Below are positions 13,790 through 25,400 of a stretch of 64,000 nucleotides of DNA, piece after piece; the stretch's first letter is position 1, and the number at the start of each line of letters is the position of its first letter. Under the pieces are notes generated by a model. The model worked only from the letters and a program-made list of their open reading frames with translations, did not search any database and was not told the DNA's origin. Source of the stretch: Blasia pusilla (lineage: Eukaryota); assembly GCA_050084515.1 (NCBI GenBank), contig CM114271.1, positions 36,084,001 through 36,148,000 on the forward strand, given 5' to 3'. Both the position numbers and the translations under genes were made by a program.

Positions 13790-16590
13790 GACTCAAAACT
13801 ATATTTGTCTGTGAGGTAAAGGCAGAAGACATTGGCAGTTTGAAGATGTGTTGGTTACTCTTATTGGAGGTGGTGAAGGAAAACAAAAGGCCACCTCCGG
13901 AAATTTATGGGTTCATGGCAGACAATGCATAACTGGGTGGATTGCTATCCGGGAAGTGTTTTGGGGTGGAGAGGTTCAACTTTGAGAGGGAAAGGTCGGA
14001 TGCTTTCCATTGGCAACATCTCAGGACCGGTACACCAAATCTTGCATCAAGGAGAATAAGAGGAGAGCATGTCACTCTACTCCAACGCTGCAAGGACAAA
14101 GAAACCTTGAAGCAAGCCATGGATGCCAGAAGAACTTCATGGGTGGTGGAGGAAGCATGCGATTGAGGGGAAGTACAAAGAGTTTTGCTCTTGGTTGAGT
14201 TGGTGGACTGTATGTATGAGACAATGGGGAAACTTCATGCGGCAAGTGAGTTCACTATTTTGTCTTGTCAAGCTCACGCTTAGAATTGTTTGTAAAGTTG
14301 TAGCTCAGGGTGAGAAGCGTGGGAATTATATGGATTTCAAACCCAAGAAACCAAGCAAGCTGTCGGATGCGACGGGTTGCCCGAGTGTGCAACCCGACAG
14401 AAACCGACGGGTTGCTCGAGTGTGCAACCCGACGGAAACCGACGGGTTGCATCCAAATTTTTGGTGCAACCCGAGTGTGCAACCCGTCGGGACTCGACGG
14501 GTCACAGAGTCGTTGATGGGATGCCTCGGCCTTGCAACCCGTCGGGTTCCGACGGGTTGCAGTATGTGGGTTTAAGGTTACAACACGTCGGGACCCAACG
14601 GGTCGCAGAGTCGTTCATGGGATGCCTCGGGCCTGCAACCTGTCTGGTTCCGACAGGTCGCTTCTTTCTTTGACTCCTGAGTTATTTTCGTTCCCTTCTA
14701 ACATTGCCGTCGTTGCAGGGATTGAACGTTCATGAAAATGCCCCGCCCCAACAGAAGTGGGCGAAAGTGTTCATTCCTCTTGAGGTCGTCACAAGCATGC
14801 CAACAAATTTCACTTGTGGAGGCATGCCAACAAGACCAGGCAAGAGCAATGCTACGATGTCAGCAAAGATCCCATATCTTCCTCACAAAAGGCATAACAA
14901 AAGGAAAGGGGCCGCGTCGATCTCGAGCTCTATGTCGTGGTGGGAGAGATCGGTGATGAAAAAATGTATGTGGAAGCCTTCAACCGGTGCGTGTGAGGAA
15001 CTCCACTTGAGCAAGACGTACACATTGGTGGGGATAGTCGTGGGCGGGTTTCAAGACGTCCCATACAGATGGTGGTAGAGCAGTCCGAGCGGGACTCGTG
15101 GAGACTAGATAAGTATCTTGACTTTAGGCAGGTGAAGAGGCAACATCGAGGAACGAATCTGGTGATTGATTTGGATGAGGAAATTAGGTATTCAGGGACC
15201 CGGACCCGTCCCAAATCCGTGATGGAGTTACTTCTCCAAAATCAGTGAATGTTTTATTTCAAAAGCCCTCCGTTGCTGGAAGTTCGCAACATCCTATCAC
15301 TGGGGTGGTTCAACAATATGGGATTCCGGTAATGGAGGTGGATTGCAACCTAAAACGGTGGCATATATCTCAGAGCAATCCAGGCGTGGACCGGGCAGGC
15401 GAGGATCGATGGCATTAGGAGAGCATGCGGCACTTTCCTAAATAAGAATGCATAAGGATCGGACGAACACCGCCGGGTTTTGGGGACTCAAAACCTTTGA
15501 TCGTTTCACGAGGACCGGGATCAATTGAAGTACTTCTTACGCCCAAATGAATCTTGCGCTTTTGAAGTCTTATCCGCTGCCATTGCGGCTCGGGAATATC
15601 CCCACGATTTGGCCCATCGCCGCAGTACTGAATCGCACTCAAGACGAAGTGGACAATCTTACAAGTGCCGGTTTCAGACTCGAGACGGGGAAGTTCGAGC
15701 ATGTTCGACATTATGAGACCTTCGCATTTCAGTATTCAACCCTAGATTGATGTCAACATGTACCTGAGAAGGTGGATGATCTCAATCCATTATTTTTGTT
15801 TGAGTCTAGAAATGGGGTGAAGAGAAACAGAATGTGCAGCCAACGGTGGAGAGAGTAAAGCTTTAATTGCATCAGATCCGGAGGAAAAATGGAGATCATC
15901 GCCACGGAAGATGTCTTGAGTGGCAATGGAATAGGAAGGATGTATTAGGTCAGGAACAACACTGTAAATTCAAGTGTCACAGGGGGTGTATGTGGTGCAC
16001 ATATGTTGCTTTCCCACATGTTCATGTGATGACTTTGTCCAAAGAGAGACAAGTGGCAAAAGGTATTTCCTTGTAAGCACATGTACTATGTGTTCTTTGG
16101 TAGTTTTAAGAGAGTCGGAGGTAGGAGTAGGAATCCACCAACCATTCTGTCCCTCAAAGAAGTTCGAAGTATTTTAAACAAACCACTTTGAGGATGCAAA
16201 ATGAGGTTTTAGATTGTACTTTTATTTTTTTTCTCAACCTTCACTTTGAGCTTGAACTCTATTCAGCCCCGGGCAAATGACAGATTTTTTCCAGACCTTG
16301 GATGGAAAAAGTGATTGGTTCCACACTTATGATTCCACCGATTTTTCAGTTTTCTAAATTTTGTGCAATTTGCAACTCGTCGGACTCAGAGGGGTTGCCA
16401 AAATATGGAAAGGAAAAAACTGTGGGACTACTTAATATATGAACAAAAAAGTGCAAAAAAATTCAAACAAAATTTTTCCTCTCTTCAACCCAACGGAAAC
16501 TCTCTTAAAAAAAGTATCTATTTCGGTTGAAGGTAGTTTCCTCTCTCCTCTCTCCTCTCTTCCTCTCTTCCTCTTCTCTTACCGCACCTC
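13790..16590 (+). mobile_element. Mutator-like transposon copy 1: 3' part of transposase and right end
   Basis: Homologous to 34744-37543; FMADNA, DAFHW, SWIM finger CSCDDF..CKH; CT-rich end closing in CTCTTACCGCACCTC. Confidence 0.85.
14370..14660. repeat. Cluster of GCAACCCGTCGG-N3-CCGACGGGTTGC palindromes in predicted transposase intron (~14246-14717)
   Basis: About seven full or partial copies read directly; flanked by GTGAGT donor and TTGCAG acceptor. Confidence 0.85.
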
Positions 16591-17914
16591 TCTTCTTGCA
16601 ACTTCCTCAAGATCAACACCATCATTGTCGCATCTCCTCTTCTCCTCCACACTAGCATCTTGCCAACTCATATGTTTCTCTTATGCTAGGTATGCTTTAA
16701 CACACCCAGCTTCCACTAGATCATCCCATCTAGTCAGATGACGGATAGTCTCTATCCCTCATATCATCACTTCTTAAGGAAATTCTAATGATTCATTTTT
16801 AGCTCCAGATACAATAGGCGCTTCTATTTTTACTGCAAAGGTATCAGAATCTAATATTGTAGTGGCAACTCCTACTTGACTTCTGAATAAGCCTTTAATT
16901 CCTCCTCTACCAAAGTTGGTATCCAACGGCCAACGGCATATCATTCTGCCTTGAATGAATCTTCCCATCTTTGAAGTTTACTATTCCATTTTTAAGAGCT
17001 TTTGAAAACTCCTCACATTCTCGACGTTGATGCTCAACACTATCACACCATATACATCTTCTCAAAAAGTTTCTATTTTGCAAAGCAGCACCAACACTAG
17101 GATTCCTATCTAGTTTAAGCTCAACCATTTCTACTCTCAATTCTCTCAAATCTTTCACCAACTCATCTTTAGCAGAATCTTCAAGTTTTGTTGAAACGGG
17201 CTTAGGCAATGGATTTGAAATTGATACCTCTGACTTGAATAGTGCGGTTCTACGTCTACTTTGATTTTTCTTTGTGAGGATAGTAACAGCTTCTTCCACT
17301 TTCTTCCAATTAGTGCTCACACTTCCTTCTTCGGTCTTGTCCGCCAATATTATGAAAAGCTTGTCCTCCAAATTCTCGTCAACCGCTTCAAGGAATAACT
17401 CAATTTTCCTCAAGTCTAGAGTTGGTCTTTTGGAAGACGGAAGCTGAAAAAATCGCTTCTCAAACTCACGCAAAAATTCATTTGGAGTCATTCCCTTCCC
17501 TGGACGTTGCTCTATTCATTCTAAAAAACTCCTCTTAGTCACCCGATCCACATCATCATCGAAGAATTCTCCTTTCATCAACTGCTCACACTCCTCCCAC
17601 AAGGTTGGATTTAGTGCTCTCAACTTCTGTACTTGACTACGAATCTCTGGTATTACAGCTAACTCAAAACTTGACACCATATCACCTTCGGGTACACGGT
17701 TTACCTCCATCTCACAAACGTACTCTCAAACACACTTGGTGATGTTTCTCCCATCAAATCTCCCCAACTTCTTTACAATCGCTTCAAGAGCCCTTGTTGA
17801 TCTTTGCTCTCCTATGTGAAATCCTCCTTGTTGGCTCAACAATGTTGTCAAAGTTTGGAGAAGATCCTCAGCTCCCTCAATTCCTATTGATGAAATACTA
17901 CCATAATTAGTCAT
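16591..17914 (-). pseudogene. gag: Gypsy gag, frameshifted
   Basis: LGRFDGRNITK, EMEVNRV, LREFEKRFFQL, CxxCx4Hx4C zinc knuckle; directly downstream of PBS. Confidence 0.75.
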
Positions 17915-17960
17915 CTTGATAAGACTCCAACTTGCAAACATAATCTACTCCCTCAAAGAT

Positions 17961-17978
17961 CTCTCAGTCGAAGCACCA
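17961..17978 (-). other. Primer binding site TGGTGCTTCGACTGAGAG, tentatively tRNA-Thr-like
   Basis: Starts with TGG, 2 nt from the LTR CA end; tRNA identity is from memory and not verified. Confidence 0.7.
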
Positions 17979-17980
17979 TT

Positions 17981-19256
17981 TGTCGTATCGAGAGCCTTTC
18001 TTCGAGTGAGGGCAAGTCTTCTAGCTGCGGAAGACGTGGTCGATGCAAGGTGAACTCTCTAAGAAGTTCTTCTTTTTCAATACAAAATTATTATGTATAC
18101 TCTCCATTCTCTCACAACAGGTATCACAAATGGAAGTGCCGAGGCGATCGCTTCTTCGTAACATCGGATCCCAAAATTCCTATCTATAAAATCCCTATAA
18201 ACTACTTCACGCTTGTCCACGAGGAAGATAGCACAAATAGTGTTAAACCCTACTTGAGCAAGCCTATTGACGTCCATGGATTGCTATATGAGGACATACA
18301 AAGTACAATCCCATGTCCTTCCATATATAACGATAGGAAAAATCACCGGAGTTGGAGATTGCATGACTTGGTTCATGAACACCTCCCCAAAGTGATAAAC
18401 TAAATAGCGAGTGAACCCGTGCCTATCTACAAAGAGTACCTTGACATGATAAGGATTGAGGAAAGGAAATTCGGGCACAACTCGTGTTCCATCTCTATCC
18501 ACGCTTGACAGACATTCTCTACTCTCCTAAAAAATGGGCTTTTGCAGAATTATTCTCCCAGGAGGGTTAATCCACTCTCATTGGGAAAATAACAAGCCAA
18601 ACCATTCACTATTTTAGTATGACTAAACTCCTCTAAGGTGACAAGCCTCTCATCTTCACACACACCACATTCTAGAAACCTCTCAAAGAATAGACCATGG
18701 TCAAGTTACTCTCCCAAGAGGGGTGATCCACTCTCATTGGAAGAGTAAGCAATCCCAAAACCATACACTCAAGAGTGACTCAAACGACTCAAGATGTGAA
18801 ATAGAAGTTGATAAACCCTTGAAGGTTCCTCCTCTTTATATATTCACAAGGGATTCACAAGAGTATGAAATAGAGTTAATCTTATCTTGTGCCATATGGC
18901 TTCCTCTCAAGGCTTAGCCAATCACATTTTGACACAACTAGATTTTCTCTTATATCTTCCAAAATATCTTCTTTTACCCACTTGATATTTTCCAAATTAC
19001 TCCAACTAACCTAGCCACCAACCAAGACTACTTTTGTTTTTCATTAAAGTACCAACCTCACTACTTTATTTTTATGAAGTCATATTTTATTTATTACCTC
19101 TTTTCCTAAAGTTGGGCCCGCATAAAAGAGGCACCATAAAGAAGTTTAAATATGGGAATTTCCTTTCCTTAAGCTAATTTACTTAATACTAATAAAATTC
19201 TATCTAACACTTAATGAGGAAGGAGTTTACACACTAGCTGATTTTACTATACGACA
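17981..19256 (-). repeat. 5' LTR (~1276 bp)
   Basis: 8-bp inverted termini; homologous in opposite orientation to 38769-40050. Confidence 0.88.
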
Positions 19257-19860
19257 ACATAAGGCCAACAAGTATGAGTATTTAGTGAAGTAGAAGGACT
19301 ATCGTGTGAAGGAGTTAGTCGGGATTTGAAACATGTACAAGAGGTGTTACAAGACTTCAAACAAATGTAGGAAAAGCTTGGTCTCACCTTAGCGTCGGCA
19401 AGACAGATCACTCTGTCTTGGGACTTTGGGTGATCTTACTTTTGATGGCATGAGTGAACTTAGTGACGCGTCTAAGTCAAATACAAGAGCAATCCAAAAG
19501 TAGTATGACTTATGGACTTTGTAAATATATGGGATGTTTACGTATTGTGAGCAAGTGAAATCTTAGGTAGCAGACCTAGTTAGCTTATTTGATAGGTTAG
19601 ATTAGTTCAAAGGAACTGATCTAGTCTTATCAAAGAAAAGAAACTAAATGTTTCTAAGTGGTGCATTCGACTACCTAAGACTTAAGCCAATGGAGGAATT
19701 TTGGATTAGCTACGAGAACACAATTCGGTATCGAGGAGTCCGCTTCCCAAAAAGACTTTATATCATAAGTTTCTCATTGATGAGGGCATCAATCTCTAAA
19801 GAGGGGTGATTTTCGTGACCCTCATAACCAAATATGTGGTGATGTGGAACATCAAGATTC
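19257..19860 (+). mobile_element. Degraded 3' end of a chromodomain-type Gypsy element
   Basis: KYEYLVK*KDY near 19270 resembles the chromodomain YLVKWKGY motif; purine tract AAAGAGGGGTGA near 19798. Confidence 0.4.
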
Positions 19861-22800
19861 TGTCGTTCGAATCCACATTATCATACAACATACATCACTG
19901 ACATACCATACTCACATATCTACATAACATAGTCGAGAGCATCCACAAACACAAGTGTACCACAACTGAAATCCGTGAAAGACCTACTGTCATAAAACAC
20001 GTATAGAATCACATACAATCGAGCCAAACCCACTCCATGATGGGAGAATCCAGGTCAAAGCTTGCGGGAACCACCATAGCCAAGAGCTCTACTCACTACC
20101 AAGGCTAACTCCCAACGCAACAGGCTCAACTCAAAGAACTAACTGTTTTTTGAATGCACTCCACATTATATCCTCCAACCTAAGAGCGGGCCCTACTGGA
20201 AAAGTCATCCTCAACTGAGTAACCCCCAACCCTATGTATGAAACTGTATCTCTACCTAGACACTACGGCCCTACATAAGGTATGGCCTCTACTAGCACAC
20301 TATACTCTACGACATAATCCGTATGGTCGTAGAATATAGTATCGTCAGCTGTTGTGCGAATCCACATCGTCATACAACATACATCGCTGACATACCATAC
20401 TCACATACCTCCATAACATAGACGAGATCATCCACAAACACAAGTGTACCACAACTCGCACCCCTAACTGGCGGTTAGGTCCCTCTAACTCCCAAGTAGC
20501 CCTATACATCTACTACATGCTATACACCTTCGTGGGTGCACGAATCAGAAGGTCGGGTGCTAGGTTGCCCCATTGTTAGTCGCACATCTGTAATCCATAT
20601 CATGCAAAGATCAAGTCATCTACCTCTCCTAAGTACATTGAGGACAAACCCACCTTCTAGTAGGAACAACATCCATACGTGGAGTCAAACACATCATGTG
20701 CCAACCCCTAGAACACCGATCACACACCAACATACGGGCTGCGTTACCAGCAGACCCACACAACATGCACCTCAAGTTGGCACGTATCATGGCTAAGCTT
20801 GGGTCAACAGTACCATCCACATTTGGAAGATGACATGGTGCACAATTACGCACATGGTCCTTCCAAACAACTCCATCACGACCCTCCAACATGATAACTC
20901 CATAAGCTAACACCTAGCACTCGTAAAATAGTGCGGCTTGCCATCACATCCAACGTTGTTGGTGCAATTTGCTGCAAATAGACATAGTCCCCCACATGGA
21001 ACCTACGAATCAATGGTCGATAATCTCCACCCCGAATGGTTTCATACCGCAACGTATCCCTGTGTTGAGCAATGGCAAGATTCTCAAAGGCTGCTGGCAT
21101 AACTCTCTGAAAGAGCTCTGCCCGCTAAGAACACACTCTCATCCACATGTGTGGGTCATCAAGGTTCACAACCTCACTACACTCTCGACGAATTTCTGGT
21201 GGCAAGTCTGGATCTCGGCCGTAGAACACAAAATAAGGTGAGAAGGAAGCCAAGGATGCTTGGTGACTGAACCTATACCCTATGGCTAACCATGGCAACT
21301 AAATATCCCAATCTCCAAGATGCCCCTTCTATAGGCCATACTTGCGCAATGCCCTCTTCACCGTCCGAACCACACGCTCAGCCAAACCATCCACCTCTGG
21401 ATGATCTCGAGACGTGGTCCGATGATCAATCAACGCCTTGTCACACAAGACCTGAAACTCACCCTGAAACTTTGTACCCTGGTTTGTCAGCACATAGCCT
21501 GGAGACCAATATTGGTAGGGCACTAGTACCTCCACTAGTACCCCCACTAGTACCTCCATGGGTACCTCCACTGGTATCCCCACTCCGGCTCGTACTCGTA
21601 CCACTCAACGTCGAGCTAGCTGGCATAGTAGGAGCACTACTACCAATACCACCATGGGTAATAGACACATAGCCTAGAGACCAATATTGTCTCCATGCCT
21701 CAATCTCAGCAACATGGTCCTTCCTGAACTCATGGTAATCATCCATGGGTGGTCCCTCCAAGTGCTGAAACAACTCCTTCCAAGCCAAGAAGGGTGTAAA
21801 CAACGTGGCATTCCGCAACATTTGCACATCACACCATGTATCAAACTCCTGCATAAAGTCCTCCAACTCAATGGTGCCCACTGCACCCGAGTATCATTGT
21901 GGTCCCTTCATGGCCCCATATATCCCATCCATGTCCCAAATCAATCGAGCTGCAACACTCGATAACAATGTAGAAGACTTGGTGTTTGGAATACCCTCGT
22001 CCTCCTCTTCATCAACCGTCGGAAGTGGAAAAGGTAGCCGATACCTCAATCCACTCCATGTAAAACCACCACTGTTTGCACCACGGTCCCCAACCAGACC
22101 ACCAGACAGCTCCGTGATGACCAACGCCGATGCCGCACCACCACCAAATTACCACCACGAAGTAATCAAGTGACGTCGATGTCGCTGTACTATTCTAGCT
22201 CTACTAGCTATGGGTGTAGGCAACCTAATCTTTCATCACCACAAGAATCCTCCCATGGTCTACTGGTCATCACTCCAGCCTCACTATTGGTAGCACACAA
22301 GAGTAACACTACTCTGGAAATCAGCGTCAACCCTAAAAATGGGCGCGCAAGCAAGAAGCAACGATGGAGGGGATCCAAACATAGGAAGTCCAACGACAAC
22401 CCTCCAATCGCAAATGGAAATCAAGGTAACACAATCCACCAAACGTGGTGCCCCCTGAATCCACAGAACCCACCACACAATTCTAACGCCATAGCTACTC
22501 GGCAGCGGGTCGATGACGTACTAGTCGGACTCGCAGCACCTGAAAATATCACCTCCATGGAGAGGCTACACCATACTATGCACTAGAGGTCCATCAACCA
22601 AAAACCTACGATGCATAAAGCGCCTAACACATCTCCAAACAACACCAAATGAGCTACACCAGTGTGTACACTGACATAGTTAAGAACTCAGCAGTTAAGC
22701 TTCTTCCAGGCAGAATAGCCCAAACATGGCTGACCAGTTATGCAACACTCAAATCACCAATCCTGCAAAAAGTGCCTCACACCCAAGCAAGCAAGCTTTC

Positions 22801-23990
22801 TTGCTTGCTCCTTGCTCCTTACTCTACCTCTCACGCCCACTCGCCCCGAGCTACCACGAGTTGCCTCGAAGCCTCAAAACGTTGAGAAATGCTCGAGACA
22901 TGCCCCATTCGCCATGCTTTGCTATGGAGAGAGGCCCAACCAGGGCACACCCAACGGGATAGGCGTCTCCAAAAACAAACGAGTCACCAACCAACTAGCC
23001 CCTCCGATCCCCTATCCACCAAAGCCAGACCTTGAGCTAGTCTGCAAAATTTCGATCAGCAATTACGCCACAAATCCTCAACCAAAATTGAATCTGTTTC
23101 AACCAGAATTCAATTGACCACCATAGCTATCTCTCCACAAAAAATCAGCTACAACCGAGCTCTGTACTCTGAGCTAAAAATCAGACAAACTTGCTGTCCA
23201 TACACCTTCAGAATCGCAAATCCGACAGCGCTTCCGCCCAGGCAGAAATCCGAAACGCTCCACACACTCAAGCAGATAGCTTCACATGAGATCACAATAC
23301 AAGTAGCAAAAGGAACCTCTCACCCAGTCTGGATGAACTTCAACAGAGCTTCTGCACTCCAAGCTCTCCACATTAGAAAACCATCGAACACGAACCAGAA
23401 TCTTCAATCCTTGATAACTTCAAACTTCCTAGACGGAATCCGGCAATCTAAAGCGCGTTGGAAAGCTCTTAGCAAGGCGCTTCTTTTCCAACCAACCACG
23501 CACCAAATTCCCACCTCCAACATAGGCCACAAGCCATGAACATCCACGGCTAAGTACACAATCAGCCCTAACCAGATCCTACTGATCCACAATCGAAGCT
23601 ACCATCAATCTACTCTAGTTCTTTGAGTGAAATCCGTGAAAGATCTACTCTCATAAAACATGTATAGAATCACATACAATCGAGCCAAAACCACTCCATG
23701 ATGGGAGAATCCAGGTCAAAGCTTGCAGGAACCACCATAGCCAAGAGCTCTACTCACTACCAAGGCTAACTCCCAACGCAACATGCTCAACTCAAAGAAC
23801 TAACTATTTTTTGAGTGCACTCCACACTATATCCTCCAACCTAAGAGCGGGCCCTACTAGAAAAGTCACCCTCAACTGAGTAACCCCCAACCCTATGTAT
23901 GAAACCGCATCTCTACCTAGACACTACGGCCCTACATAAGGTATGGCCTCTACTAGCACACTATACTCTACAACATAATTCGTATCGTCA
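19861..23990 (-). mobile_element. Internally deleted PHD-integrase Gypsy element with split terminal repeats
   Basis: gag-like ORF 21459-21881 joined to integrase C-terminus and PHD (20629-21500); repeat B at 19967-20347 and 23628-23990; repeat A at 19861-19966 and 20350-20456. Confidence 0.8.
20629..21500 (-). pseudogene. Gypsy integrase C-terminal half plus PHD finger
   Basis: LTNQGTKFQGEF..DHPEVDGLAERVV; AFENLAIAQHRD; CMLCG..MLVCDRCSRGWHMMCLTP..RWVCPQC (complete C4HC3). Confidence 0.88.
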
Positions 23991-25400
23991 TGATAACTCT
24001 CATAGGCTCATACTAGGATGGATTCATGTTGAAGAGGTCTCTTGAAGGAGACACAAGATGTGAGATGCAAGCAAGATTGAGCATTTCATATGTTAATGGT
24101 CGCAACTTGGGGAAACTTGGATCAAACACGAACCAAGACTTAAGAAGAGTAGAGTCTAAGACGAGTGAGGTCCCAAAGAGGATGAGAATCGAAATTGAAA
24201 CTTGACTAGCATTTGGGGTTTGATTGTGTTTTAGGTCATAACGGTCTGACCAAAGATGTATTTTGGAATAAATAAGTTGGAGTTGGAAAGCTTATGCAAA
24301 GTCAATTCCAATAAACCAAATATTTTGACAAAGACATAAGAAGAGATTGAGAAATTGACCAAAAACTTTTGGAAAGACAATTGGATTGAGGGCCAAGAGG
24401 AGTGATCCGAGAGTACTTTCTTAAAGGTAGGGGGAGGTTGGAGAACCTCAGAAGTATATATAAGAGGGAGGGTCTTCAAGGGTACTTGGGTCCTAAACTC
24501 CACTTTGGGGAGCCACGAGGTGAACTTACGACACGAAATAGATCTGAAGGTTGGCATTGGGGGTGAACACCAAGCTAAGTCCAAGGGGGTGAATTTCGGA
24601 GGCAATCCTTTGATTACAATCCAAGATCTTGGATCTCGGTTAGGGAATTATGTGAGGTTCATCAGCATGAGGCGACAAAGCTATGGTCCTCCTTGTTTTG
24701 CCAAGGCTCTCTACTAGATCTCGTCGATCTATCCTTAAATACGTTATAGCCTAGACTATTTAGAAAGTATGTCCCAAGTCTAGGAAGACTTTCCCATGTT
24801 GGGAAGTGAGGAGTTAAGACGTGTTGAGCTTGATGAATCGCCAAGTTGAGAACTCCGGGAGTTGGAAGGTTTGTTGAATCAAACCAAGACTAATGAGAGT
24901 ATGTTTGGATACAGATCAACAGAGTAAGCGTGAACTACTAAACGTATGCTTCGCAACATTTGAGATTGAAGTTCAAGAGGAATAGGCGCACAATAATTTA
25001 CAAAAGTGGATGGAGAACGCAAACCAAATATAGTGCTCCTCACCAATTTTGATCAATTAGAGCATAAGATTTCTAGTGCAATGATGATGTTATCGGTGAA
25101 GGATATAGAATGAAGGACGTCCAACTTCTCTTCAACCTCCACATTATATCTAGATTTTAGCGGTCTAGGATTGTTGTGCGGAATAATTTCACTCTATTTT
25201 TTTGATGACTCAAGGTTCAAGAGTGATTGAACCTCAAGGAGTTTGGATAGACCCACGAATGGGGATATATGGATGAATATATGGACGTATTAGCTCTTGT
25301 AGAAATTATATGGTTATAACACCATCGCGAGAAAGGGTCGTTGCTACTCGTCGAGAAAAATACAAGGTAAGGCAAGCAAAGTTTAAGAGGGGGCTGGTAT
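23991..25400. mobile_element. Unclassified repeat or LTR-like remnant
   Basis: Patchy homology: ~24500-24710 to ~41200-41360 (AGCTATGGTCCTCCTTG) and ~24930-25015 to ~40055-40135 (TAGGCGCACAA). Confidence 0.4.

Larger units (their letters stand above)
16591..19256 (-). mobile_element. Gypsy element 5' part (LTR, PBS, gag), interrupted by Mutator-like copy 1
   Basis: LTR with TGTCGTAT...ATACGACA ends; PBS 2 nt inside; gag-like ORFs with CIWCDSVEHQRREC knuckle. Confidence 0.85.

Noticed and set aside
25383-25392. TTAA-GAG as a Sola3-type terminus with TTAA TSD
   Set aside because: Neither right end (16590, 37543) is followed by TTAA, and the transposase motifs look MULE-like
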